Shown here: piece by piece, positions 1 through 9,325 of the stretch
How positions within the stretch are numbered: position 1 is the first letter of the stretch
How the letters are laid out: the number at the start of each line of letters is the position of its first letter
Origin: Acidobacteriota bacterium
GTDB lineage: Bacteria; Acidobacteriota; Terriglobia; Acidiferrales; UBA7541
Assembly (NCBI GenBank): GCA_013289585.1
Contig: JABCZR010000005.1
Coordinates: forward strand, 46,117-110,116
DNA: 64,000 bases
Direction of reading: 5' to 3'
The notes under the pieces: model-generated
Databases searched by the model: none
Seen by the model: the letters and a program-made list of their open reading frames with translations, nothing else
What the model was told of the DNA's origin: nothing
Made by a program: the position numbers and the translations under genes

Positions 1-2
1 CT

Positions 3-179
3 AAGCAGACGGAATTTTGCACCTACCTGTCGGCCATTTTGCTTCTGGGCTTGCTGCTGAACGCGTTCTTCGGACTGTGGTGGGCCGACCCAGTTGCAGC
101 CCTCATCATGGTTCCTATCATCGCGAAAGAGGGGATTGAAGGATTGCAGGGTAAAGCCTGCGATGAATGCCGCTCGTGA
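3..179 (+). CDS. C-terminal end of a cation transporter (CDF-like), truncated by the window start
   Basis: Manual translation KQTEFCTYLSAILLLGLLLNAFFGLWWADPVAALIMVPIIAKEGIEGLQGKACDECRS*. The hydrophobic helices and WWADPVAAL motif resemble CDF-type transporters. Confidence 0.65.
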   Translation, partial: KQTEFCTYLSAILLLGLLLNAFFGLWWADPVAALIMVPIIAKEGIEGLQGKACDECRS

Positions 180-225
180 TAACTACTGGTATTGAATCTA
201 GGCCTTGCCCTGACGCTCCTGGCTG

Positions 226-729
226 TTAGCCGGGGAGGCGCTCCGAGCCGACCCAGAGTTGAGCCAGATCTCTGAGATTATGTTTGTATGTCCGCGTTAC
301 CAAGTATTCTTTCCCACCCGTTACACGGAGCCTGTACTCTCCCGTCGATAGAGGTTGGACTTTTTCCACTGCCGAAATATTCACGAGGACCGAGCGGTGG
401 ATGCGAATAAAACCGTAGGGCCTGAGCTTCTCCGCCATAGACGAGAGGGACTCGCGCACCAAATAGGGACTCGGTCGGTATCGCAGCGAAACGTAATTAC
501 CTTCGGCTTGCACTGCCACGATCTCGGCTAAATCCAAGAATACGATGCTACCGTTTGCCTTGAACGCGATTCGTGGCGCCTGTCGTTTTACTTGAAGAAC
601 CATCTCACGTGCAATGGCCTTCTGATCCTGAATCTCGCGGGCGCTCATGATGGAACCCTCGCATTGCTCTCTCGCTTCGGCTGCCTGCTCACGAAGCGAG
701 ACTGACGATTGCACTGCTCCTAATCGCAA
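226..729 (-). CDS. LytTR DNA-binding domain protein with no receiver domain; true start may be downstream
   Basis: AVQAEGNYVSL, RESLSSMAEKL, FIRIHRSVLVN and VTRTY are typical LytTR motifs. Confidence 0.8.
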   Translation of the reverse strand: MRLGAVQSSVSLREQAAEAREQCEGSIMSAREIQDQKAIAREMVLQVKRQAPRIAFKANGSIVFLDLAEIVAVQAEGNYVSLRYRPSPYLVRESLSSMAEKLRPYGFIRIHRSVLVNISAVEKVQPLSTGEYRLRVTGGKEYLVTRTYKHNLRDLAQLWVGSERLPG

Positions 730-783
730 TCCTCGATTTATTCATGAAAAGTACCAGCGCCTTGGATCAGCCGGCCCATCGGC

Positions 784-1266
784 TTACTTCTGCCCAGTGC
801 TCACCGCTGAGGGAAAGCTGGATTGTGCGCCGAAATAACACTCAATCGATTCGAGCCGTCCGTTCTTGATGCGGAGATACTCCACGTTCCGGAACGATTT
901 ACCGTTCTTGGTGTGGCAAAGATATTTCACAAAAGCATCCTCCGCGCCAGTGGTGACTCGCTCGAGGTCAAAGTGTGCAATGAAATCAACCTGTGTGTCC
1001 CAGCATTGCGTTTTGAAAGTGCTCTTGCTGATGTGGTCGTCGCCGGCCGCGCTCGAAAACGTGAAGTTGTCGGCGAGCAGCATATTGAACGTGCCCAAAT
1101 CCTTCTTTTCCCACGCCGCGTACCACTTACGGATGATCTCCTCGTTCGCTAAGTCAGGCCCTCCCAATGCGCTGGCCCTTGCCAGTCCGGGTAGGGTCGC
1201 CGCACCGACCAGCGCGCAGGCTCCCGTCGCGAGCAGATTTCTGCGCGGCATCGTGATCCTTGTCAT
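784..1266 (-). CDS. SnoaL/NTF2-like fold protein with a Tat-like signal peptide
   Basis: N-terminal RRNLL plus hydrophobic stretch; IIRKWYAAWEKKD, LLADNFTF and C-terminal IECYFG fit the NTF2-like family. Confidence 0.75.
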   Translation of the reverse strand: MTRITMPRRNLLATGACALVGAATLPGLARASALGGPDLANEEIIRKWYAAWEKKDLGTFNMLLADNFTFSSAAGDDHISKSTFKTQCWDTQVDFIAHFDLERVTTGAEDAFVKYLCHTKNGKSFRNVEYLRIKNGRLESIECYFGAQSSFPSAVSTGQK

Positions 1267-1321
1267 TGTTCGTTCTCCTTTTCATGATGTGTTTTAAACG
1301 CTTAGCCCGATCGCGATATGG

Positions 1322-1957
1322 TCAGCCCCGCTTGTAGTTGTCCGGCCGAAGAGACCTCAGCCATCCGACGATACTTCTGATTCCCGCTTTCCACGCCTTC
1401 GCATCCTGAGCATTCTTGGCTAACGTGGCGTAGCCCTCGACCGTGGCGATCAGAAACCTGGCAGCCTCGTTTGGATTCAGGTCGCTGCGAACTGTTCCTT
1501 GAGACTTCCCCCTCCGCAAAAGCGTTGCAACACCTTCCTGCCAGTCAAGGAATATCCTTTCCAGTCGCTTGCGGAATTGCTCGTCCAGTGGAGACATCTC
1601 CTGTGACAAAAGTAGCAGCGGACAACCGGCCCGAACGTCTTGCGGACTATCTGGTATCCGCCGAACAACTCCGATCAAAATGTCGATGGCTTCCCCCTCG
1701 CCCCGCATAGGACGCAGCCACCTGTCGTGCGTAAGTTTTGCGACCTTCTCTTCGACCACCGCATAGCCTAAGGTTTCCTTGCTCTCAAAGTGGTAATAGA
1801 GCGCTCCCCTGGTGACGTTGGTGGCGGCGAGAATTGCATCGATGCTGGCACTCTGAAAGCCTGATCTGTGGATCTCTCGGAAGGCGGCTTGCAGCAACCG
1901 TTCCCGGGTACGCTCGGGATCACGGGCCCTTCGCTTCTTCTCGTGAGCGGGTAACAT
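1322..1957 (-). CDS. TetR/AcrR family transcriptional regulator
   Basis: TRERLLQAAFREIHRSGFQSASIDAILAATNVTRGALYYHFESKE helix-turn-helix; C-terminal GCPL motif. Confidence 0.92.
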   Translation of the reverse strand: MLPAHEKKRRARDPERTRERLLQAAFREIHRSGFQSASIDAILAATNVTRGALYYHFESKETLGYAVVEEKVAKLTHDRWLRPMRGEGEAIDILIGVVRRIPDSPQDVRAGCPLLLLSQEMSPLDEQFRKRLERIFLDWQEGVATLLRRGKSQGTVRSDLNPNEAARFLIATVEGYATLAKNAQDAKAWKAGIRSIVGWLRSLRPDNYKRG

Positions 1958-1978
1958 ACCAATCGTTAGGTATGTTAC
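1951..1978. promoter_or_regulatory. Perfect 10-8-10 palindrome, probable TetR operator
   Basis: GTAACATACC-AATCGTTA-GGTATGTTAC overlaps the tetR start codon (1955-1957). Confidence 0.7.
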
Positions 1979-2324
1979 ACCATTCTAAAGATCAAAGGTC
2001 AATCGAAAAGCCTGCCCGTGGGTTGCTCCGTGTTCTCGGATTTCGTATGAGAAGTTGGAGAAACAGTCGCTCTGGTCGTTTGTGGCTCGTCCCAAGCGGT
2101 TGTTAATCCGTCACTCGTCTTCGAACTCTGCACTGTTGGGCCTGTTGTGTCACGTACTCGTCGTGAACGTGGAACACCACCTGCTTCCTCAGTTGTCACT
2201 CAGCAGGACTTTTGTGGAGTTGTGTCTCAACTCTGCTCTGAACTGCTGGAGCGTCGGGCGATGCGTTATGTAGATCGACGAGTCACCTCGCCACGGCGAC
2301 TTTCATGGGAGGAAAAGAGGATAC

Positions 2325-3575
2325 ATGAACACGCTAAAACGGTTGCGGAATCTCTGGATACCGTGGGTTGCGACGATTGTTCTGGGTTGCTTCAGCGATG
2401 CGGTCGCGCAAGTCAGGTACCACGTTGAAGATTTGGGTACTCTGGAGGATGGGTTTTTCGGCTGTACGATGGGCGTCAACAATCACGGGTGGACGGAGAC
2501 TCAGTACGGGTTGTTAGAGGCAGGGAAGCTTCTAAAAGGACGGGTCGCGATAAACTTCGACGGATTCACCTTCCCCATCCCCACTCTCGGAGGACCGAAT
2601 AATTGGGACAACCCCTTTGGCGGCGAGATAAACGATCGAGGGGAGGCGGTAGGTTTTTCCGAAACGGATGTCCTGGACCCGAACGGCGAAGACGTTTGCG
2701 GCTTCGGCACACACCTTACGTGCAGTGCGTTTCTTTGGCGAAAGGGCCACTTGAGCGCTCTCCCGACGCTCGGCGGAAATAACGGGCAGGCCACCGCCAT
2801 CAATAACCGCGGACAAATCACAGGGTTTGCGGAAAACGGTACCGTAGACTCCTCATGCTCCGCTAACGCAACTAATACACGGATTCAGCTGCCGGTGATA
2901 TGGGAAGATGGCAAAGCCCGAGCTCTTCGTACAGTGGGTAAAGATCCAGACGGGGTAGCAAACGCTATCAACGATCACGGTCAAGCCGTAGGCTCCTCGG
3001 GAAACTGCGCCGGAGGGCTGCACGCCGTACTGTGGGATAAAAACGGCACTGCTCGTGACCTCGGTGCGGGCGCCGCCGCTTTCGGGATTAACAACCAGGG
3101 CCAAATTGTTGGGTTAGCCCCCAGCGTTGACGGCTCAACCTTCTCTGCTGCTCTTTGGCAGGACGGCGCAATCAAAGACCTCGGCACTGCCGGAGATCAT
3201 GCCGCCATAGCCAGCGGCATCAACAACAAGGGCCAAGTGGTAGGAAGCACCCTGGACTCCACCTTCAACTGGGTCCATGCCTTCATCTACGAGGAAGGCA
3301 AGATGATCGACCTTAATACGCTGTTTCCTGCAGAATCCAACCTCTTCCCCACCATGGCTAACCAGATCAACGACCGCGGACAAATCGTGGGAATGGCGAC
3401 GGTTCTCAGCGGGCCGCATGAGGGCGAGACCCACGCCTTTCTGGCAACCCCTGTGGAGGAGAGAGAAGGCAGGTCGGTTGCAGACGTGGCACCTGGACAC
3501 CCAAAATCCAATTTACCCGCAAATGCTGGCAAACAGCTTTTGCAGAGACTCGGGCGGGGCCGATTCGACCAATAA
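2325..3575 (+). CDS. Secreted HAF-repeat protein
   Basis: Signal peptide; repeated DLGTL/LPTLGG...A.AINN.GQ(I/V)(T/V)G units; HAFIY and HAFLA motifs. Confidence 0.85.
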   Translation: MNTLKRLRNLWIPWVATIVLGCFSDAVAQVRYHVEDLGTLEDGFFGCTMGVNNHGWTETQYGLLEAGKLLKGRVAINFDGFTFPIPTLGGPNNWDNPFGGEINDRGEAVGFSETDVLDPNGEDVCGFGTHLTCSAFLWRKGHLSALPTLGGNNGQATAINNRGQITGFAENGTVDSSCSANATNTRIQLPVIWEDGKARALRTVGKDPDGVANAINDHGQAVGSSGNCAGGLHAVLWDKNGTARDLGAGAAAFGINNQGQIVGLAPSVDGSTFSAALWQDGAIKDLGTAGDHAAIASGINNKGQVVGSTLDSTFNWVHAFIYEEGKMIDLNTLFPAESNLFPTMANQINDRGQIVGMATVLSGPHEGETHAFLATPVEEREGRSVADVAPGHPKSNLPANAGKQLLQRLGRGRFDQ

Positions 3576-3660
3576 AGGCACTCGTTCCTCGGAGTGTGTG
3601 CCTGATCTCTGCCCCGTTTGAGATCTCCCGGACCCGACGGCATGCACGATCAGGAGCACG

Positions 3661-3704
3661 AACCCGTGGGGCGTGTTAAACCGCACGCCTCACGGGTTCT
3701 TTTT
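3661..3704 (+). terminator. Intrinsic terminator after the HAF-repeat gene
   Basis: 15-bp stem AACCCGTGGGGCGTG / CACGCCTCACGGGTT (one G-T pair), 8-nt loop, then CTTTTT. Confidence 0.75.
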
Positions 3705-4058
3705 CGGTACGAAAATTTAAATGGATACCAAGTTCGACGCGGCGGATAACCCAAATATTGAGCTGCCGAGTTCTCAATCCTTCGCGGGATCATTGCCCTG
3801 CAAGCATCTTTTGGTAACTGCTTGAAACTACGCGGCACGGATGGCTACCAAAACCGCGCTTTGCAACCTCAAGTAGCAATTATAGGACCATGAATGGACC
3901 AAGAAATGGACTCTGCCGTCGAGCGGCAGAAGCCCACGAATGAAAGAGCGACGGCTGACTAGACTGCGCTTTGACGTACTTGCGCAAATCCGTTGAAACT
4001 ACTCACTTCTCCAAACTCTTTGACCGTAACGTGATCTTATCTATGCCGAATTCCCCCA

Positions 4059-6131
4059 TTAGACCGTCGCGTGTTGCAACTTAAGCCCGCGAAGCAGCTG
4101 AGCATTCGCGGCTACGATGATGGTGGACAGGCTCATCGCGACCGCCCCCACACTCATTGGCAGATCGAATCCCCAGTGGACGAGAAGACCCGCCGCGACC
4201 GGGATAGCGATTAGGTTATACGCAGTCGCCCAGACAAGATTCTGGATCATCTTTCTGTAGGTAGCGCGTGAAAGCTCGATTGCCCCGACAACATCGCGTG
4301 GGTCACTACGCACGAGCACAATTCCGGCGGATTCGATCGCAACGTCAGTTCCTGCCCCAATGGCGATCCCTACATCTGCGGTTGCCAGGGCGGGGGCATC
4401 GTTCACGCCGTCACCTACCATTGCGACCTTCTTGCCGCCGGCCTGAAAGCGCTTCACCGCCGAAGCCTTGTCAACGGGTAGAACCTCCGCTGCGACTTCA
4501 TCGATCCCGATGCGACGTGCGACCGAATCGGCCACTGTTTTCGAATCTCCAGTGATCATCGCGACGCGAAGTCCAAGCCGATGCAGTTCGGCGACGGCTT
4601 CATTCGATTCGGGCCGGATCTCATCTTCCACTGCGAAAGCTCCGAGCAGTTGGTCCTGAGCGACAGCATAGAGAACCGTCTTTCCGTCTGTTGCCCATGC
4701 GGTTGTCAGTTTTTCAACTTCTGGAGGTACCGCTACGTTGGCCTCGATTAACAGGCGAGGTCCGCCGACTACGAGGGTCTCGCCTTCGACCAACGCCTTC
4801 GCGCCACGACCAGCAAGCGCTTCGAAATTCGCGGCGGGCAATTGGGTCACGTTTCGGCGTTTGGCTTCGGTGACGATTGCTTTGGCAAGTGGGTGTTCGG
4901 AGTTGGATTCGACCGCGGCGGCGCGCGCAATCAGATTGTCTTCGGTGGTGCCGGGTGCAGCCGCGACTCCCGACACCGCAGGGGAGCCGCGGGTAAGGGT
5001 TCCAGTCTTGTCGAAAATGACCATATCCAAATTGCGAGCACGTTCGAGTGCGAGCCTGTCCTTAACGAGGAGACCGTTTTGAGCGCCTATGGATGTGGAG
5101 ATTGCGATTACTAGCGGAATCGCCAGTCCAAGGGCGTGCGGGCAAGCAATGATGAGGACCGTTGCTGTTCTGATCAGGGCGTGTTCTCTGTCGCCTGCAA
5201 ACCACCAGTAGGTGAAAGTAATAGCGCCAGATACGACTGCCACGTAAAAAAGGATCGCGGCCGCACGGTCGGCAAGAGCTTGCGCGCGAGACCCCGAAGC
5301 CTGCGCTGTGGCGACGAGCCGCATGATTCCAGAGAGCGCAGTCTTATCTCCAACTGCCGTAATTCTGACGTGAAGGCTTCCGCCACTGGCAACTGTTCCA
5401 GCAACAACTCGGGCTCCAGCTACCTTCGGTACCGTCTTGGACTCGCCGGTGATCATGGACTCGTCAACGTCGGCAGAGCCTTCAGCGACGACGCCATCTG
5501 CAGGAATGCGGGCTCCGGGCCGAACGAGAACGATATCGCCAACGCGCAACTCCGAGAGTGGAACGGATTGAGTGTCTGCGCCGTTTACGCGTTCAGCGGT
5601 GTCGGGGAGCAAGGTGGCGAGCGCATTGAGCGCACCACGAGCCTGAGAAATGGCCCGCATTTCCAGCCAGTGACCGAGGACCATGATCGTAATCAGCGAA
5701 GCGAGTTCCCACCAAACGTCAATCTCGAAGAGGCCGAATGTCGCGGCGAGCGAAGTTCCAAAAGCAACGACGATCGCCAAGCTGATGAGCGTCATCATGC
5801 CGGGTTTGCGGTCGGCAAGTTCACCCCAGGCTCCGCGGACAAAGACCAGTCCGCCATAGACGAAGACGATTGTTCCGAGAATCGCGGGAATAAACTTCGA
5901 ACCGGGAAAGGAAGGGGCGATGTAACCGAGCCAATGCTGAACGTCGGTTGACCAGAACACGACAGGAATTGTGAGGGCGAAACTCAGCCAAAATTTGTCG
6001 CGAAACATAGCAACGGAATGCCCGGCATGACGGTCGTGACTTCCTTGCATGTCTGACATCTTGTGCCCGGTGTGTGGATCGTCCGTCGCTTGGTGACCAC
6101 TGTGGCTCATATTGTTCACATTGAACTCCAA
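4059..6131 (-). CDS. copB: Heavy-metal P1B-type ATPase, CopB-like (P1B-3)
   Basis: His/Met-rich N-terminus, TGES, CPHALGLAIP (CPH), DKTGTLT, SEHPLA, GDGVNDAPAL and YNLIAIP. Start may be the GTG or ATG slightly downstream. Confidence 0.9.
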   Translation of the reverse strand: MEFNVNNMSHSGHQATDDPHTGHKMSDMQGSHDRHAGHSVAMFRDKFWLSFALTIPVVFWSTDVQHWLGYIAPSFPGSKFIPAILGTIVFVYGGLVFVRGAWGELADRKPGMMTLISLAIVVAFGTSLAATFGLFEIDVWWELASLITIMVLGHWLEMRAISQARGALNALATLLPDTAERVNGADTQSVPLSELRVGDIVLVRPGARIPADGVVAEGSADVDESMITGESKTVPKVAGARVVAGTVASGGSLHVRITAVGDKTALSGIMRLVATAQASGSRAQALADRAAAILFYVAVVSGAITFTYWWFAGDREHALIRTATVLIIACPHALGLAIPLVIAISTSIGAQNGLLVKDRLALERARNLDMVIFDKTGTLTRGSPAVSGVAAAPGTTEDNLIARAAAVESNSEHPLAKAIVTEAKRRNVTQLPAANFEALAGRGAKALVEGETLVVGGPRLLIEANVAVPPEVEKLTTAWATDGKTVLYAVAQDQLLGAFAVEDEIRPESNEAVAELHRLGLRVAMITGDSKTVADSVARRIGIDEVAAEVLPVDKASAVKRFQAGGKKVAMVGDGVNDAPALATADVGIAIGAGTDVAIESAGIVLVRSDPRDVVGAIELSRATYRKMIQNLVWATAYNLIAIPVAAGLLVHWGFDLPMSVGAVAMSLSTIIVAANAQLLRGLKLQHATV

Positions 6132-6144
6132 TCATTCAGAACTT

Positions 6145-9100
6145 TCATTGCTGTTCACCTGCTTGGTTCGCGTCCAGCTTCTGTTCTAACTTTAGCGTTC
6201 CTCGCCTGAGGGCCCTTTCTTTCATAAGGGCAAAGAACACAGGCACCAAAATCAGAACGTGGATCGTGGACGTGATCATGCCGCCCACGAGAGGAGCGGC
6301 AATGGGTTTCATCACGTCGGCTCCGACACCGGTTTCCCAGAGAATCGGAATCAGGCTCGCGAGCACAACGCAGACCGTCATTAGTTTTGGCCTGAGGCGA
6401 TGGACAGCCCCTTCGATCACTGCCGCTTCGATGTCCTCGTGACGCAGAGGAACACCGGACTTGAGCCGGTGATCCAGGGCTTCATGGAGATACACAACCA
6501 TGACGACTCCGGTTTCAACGGCAATGCCGAAGAGCGCGATGTAGCCGACCCACACCGCTACGCTGAAGTTGTAGCCGAGCAGCTTCTGCAGAATCAGGCC
6601 GCCCGTCAACGCATAGATCGTCGGGAAAATGAGAACAGTCGCCTCGGCGACGGAGTGAAACACCACGTACAGCAGTAGGAAGATGACAAAAAAGACGATC
6701 GGCAGAATGAGTTGCAGCCGTTCTTTGGCCCGCAACTCAAACTCGTACTCGCCGGACCATTTGTAAGTAAAGCCGGGAGGCAAGGCGAGTTTTTGCTTGA
6801 GTAAGTTGCTCGCGCGCGTGACGAAGCCGCCGTAGTCTTTGGTGTTCAGATCAATGTACACATAGCCTGTGAGCGCACCGTCTTCATCGCGGATCATGGA
6901 CGGCCCTCGAGAGAACGAGAGTTTCGCTACATCAGAGATTGGAATCTGGGCACCAGAGGGCGTGCCGATCAGGACCCGCCGCAATTCCTCGACGTTGTCC
7001 CGGAAGTCGCGGTTATACCGGACATTCACGGGATACCGCTCGCGGCCCTCCACGTTCTCAGCGACCATTTCGCCGCCAATCCCCGAACTGACCGCTTGCT
7101 GCACGTCGGCAATCGTCAGCCCATAGCGAGCCGCTTCTGCGCGGTTCACTTCGATGTTGAGATAGAAGCCTTGCGAAACGCGTTCCGCAAAGATGGAGCG
7201 CATTTCAGGAATCGCAGACAGTATCTGCTGCACCTGCGCGCCAACCTGCTGGACGCCCTCCAGGTTTGGTCCCTGAATCTTCAAACCGAGAGGCGTCTTG
7301 ATTCCCGTTAATTCCATATCGAGACGGTTTTCGACCGGCATGGTCCAAGTGTTGGACAACCCAGGAAACTGGAGTTTCGCGTCCATTTCCTGAATGAGTT
7401 TTTCGTAGGTCATCCCCGGACGCCACTGGTTGCGCGGCTTGAGCATGAGCGTCGTGTCATACATGTCGAGGGGCGCATTATCGGTCGCGCTGTCGGAACG
7501 TCCAACGGCACCGAACACAGTCTCAACCTCTGGAAATGTGCGAATGATCCTGTCTTGTTCCTGGAGCAATTGCGACGCCTGTCCGATGGAGATTCCGGGC
7601 AACGCTGTCGGCATGTAGAGAGCCGAACCTTCGTAGAGGGGCGGCATGAATTGACTGCCAATGTGAAGCGCCAGCGGAAGTGTGACGACCAGAAAAACCA
7701 AATTGAGCAGCAATGTGGTTTTGCGGAACCGCAAGCACAGACGCAGGATCGGCAGATAGACCGCTTGGGTGATTCTTGAAATGGGATTTCGCGATTCAGG
7801 TATCAGCCTTCCGCGAATGAATAGAACCATCAGTACAGGCACGAGCGTGATTGCCAAGACAGAGGAGAACCCAACGGCCAGCGTCTTGGTCCACGCCAAC
7901 GGACGAAACATACGTCCCTCCTGTGCTTCGAGTAAAAAGACAGGCAGGAAAGAAACCACGATGATCACCAGAGAGAAGAAAATTGCGGGACCAACTTGTT
8001 TCGCTGCATCCAGCAGGATTCTCCGTCTCTGTGGCTCGGGGAGAGGCTCGGATTGCGAGGATTGGTGCTCTGAAAGCTGCCGGTATCCGTTTTCGACCAT
8101 GACAATGGCGGCGTCCACGAGGACGCCAATCGCTAGAGCCAAACCGCCGAGCGACATGATGTTCGAAGTGACATGGAGGTAGTACATAGGGATGAAGGCG
8201 GCGAGCACGGCGATAGGCAAGGTCAGAATTGGAATCAATGCGGAACGGAAGTGGAATAAGAAGATGATGATGACTACGCTGACGATGGCGGCTTCTTCGA
8301 GCAGGTCGCGTTGTAGCGTTTCGATGGAGGCGTGAATCAATCCGGAGCGGTCGTATCCGGCGACCACTTCCACTCCCGGAGGCAGCGAGGGTTTGATTTC
8401 CAGAAGTTTCTGTTTGACGCGATTGATGACACTGAGGGCATTCATCCCATCGCGCATCACGACAATCCCGCCAACGGTTTCCCCTTCGCCTTGCCACTCG
8501 GCAACACCCTCACGAATGTCGGGCCCGAACGTGACGGTTCCCAAATCTCGGACGAGAACCGGCGTGCCGTTCTTGGTTGCAACGGGTACGGTTTCGAGGT
8601 CGCTCAGCGAATGCAAATAGCCGAGTCCACGAATCATGTATTCCGCTCCACCCATTTCCAGCAGTCGTCCACCCACTTCGTTCGTACTGGCGCGAACTCT
8701 TTCGATGACCGTTGAGAGGGGAATCCCGTAAGCGCGAAGTTTGTCGGGGTCCACGTTGACCTGGTACTGCTTGACGAATCCGCCGATGGTGGCTACCTCG
8801 GCCACTCCGGAAACCGTGTCGAGCTGATAGCGCAGATACCAGTCTTGAAGACTGCGCAACTCGGCCAAACTGCGTTGATGGCTGTGGTCCACGAGCGCGT
8901 ATTCATAGACCCACCCTGCTCCCGTCGCATCCGGCCCGATGACGGGATGCACGCCTGAGGGCAAACGACCCGTGATCTGCTGCATGTACTCCAAAACACG
9001 CGAGCGAGCCCAGTACAAATCGGTTCCGTCCTCAAAGACAACAAAGACGTAGGAATCCCCAAACATGGTTTGCGCCCGCACGGCCTTTACGTGCGGTGCG

Positions 9101-9324
9101 GCGAGAAGGGTAGTGACAATAGGATACGTGACCTGGTCTTCGATGAGGCTGGGAGGCTGACCGGCCCAAGGCGTGTGGATAATTACTTCCACGTCGGAAA
9201 TGTCGGGCAACGCGTCGAGCGGAATGTGACGCAGGGCCCAGATTCCCGTGAGCACCAGCAGGATTGTTCCCATGAAGACGAGGAAACGATTTTGCGCGCA
9301 CCAATCAATCCATCGGGAAATCAC
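6145..9324 (-). CDS. cusA: CusA/CzcA family heavy-metal RND efflux pump
   Basis: 1059 aa; DALPDISDVEVII, GPDATGAGWVYEYAL, IMSLGGLALAIGVLVDAAIVMVEN, RLRPKLMT and MKPIAAPLVGG. Confidence 0.93.
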   Translation of the reverse strand: MISRWIDWCAQNRFLVFMGTILLVLTGIWALRHIPLDALPDISDVEVIIHTPWAGQPPSLIEDQVTYPIVTTLLAAPHVKAVRAQTMFGDSYVFVVFEDGTDLYWARSRVLEYMQQITGRLPSGVHPVIGPDATGAGWVYEYALVDHSHQRSLAELRSLQDWYLRYQLDTVSGVAEVATIGGFVKQYQVNVDPDKLRAYGIPLSTVIERVRASTNEVGGRLLEMGGAEYMIRGLGYLHSLSDLETVPVATKNGTPVLVRDLGTVTFGPDIREGVAEWQGEGETVGGIVVMRDGMNALSVINRVKQKLLEIKPSLPPGVEVVAGYDRSGLIHASIETLQRDLLEEAAIVSVVIIIFLFHFRSALIPILTLPIAVLAAFIPMYYLHVTSNIMSLGGLALAIGVLVDAAIVMVENGYRQLSEHQSSQSEPLPEPQRRRILLDAAKQVGPAIFFSLVIIVVSFLPVFLLEAQEGRMFRPLAWTKTLAVGFSSVLAITLVPVLMVLFIRGRLIPESRNPISRITQAVYLPILRLCLRFRKTTLLLNLVFLVVTLPLALHIGSQFMPPLYEGSALYMPTALPGISIGQASQLLQEQDRIIRTFPEVETVFGAVGRSDSATDNAPLDMYDTTLMLKPRNQWRPGMTYEKLIQEMDAKLQFPGLSNTWTMPVENRLDMELTGIKTPLGLKIQGPNLEGVQQVGAQVQQILSAIPEMRSIFAERVSQGFYLNIEVNRAEAARYGLTIADVQQAVSSGIGGEMVAENVEGRERYPVNVRYNRDFRDNVEELRRVLIGTPSGAQIPISDVAKLSFSRGPSMIRDEDGALTGYVYIDLNTKDYGGFVTRASNLLKQKLALPPGFTYKWSGEYEFELRAKERLQLILPIVFFVIFLLLYVVFHSVAEATVLIFPTIYALTGGLILQKLLGYNFSVAVWVGYIALFGIAVETGVVMVVYLHEALDHRLKSGVPLRHEDIEAAVIEGAVHRLRPKLMTVCVVLASLIPILWETGVGADVMKPIAAPLVGGMITSTIHVLILVPVFFALMKERALRRGTLKLEQKLDANQAGEQQ

Positions 9325-9325
9325 G

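Noticed and set aside
1980-2320. Long intergenic stretches (also 3705-4055, 26730-27280, 32810-33190) examined for riboswitches and ncRNAs
   Set aside because: No recognisable riboswitch or ncRNA consensus; a covariance-model search would be needed to exclude them.
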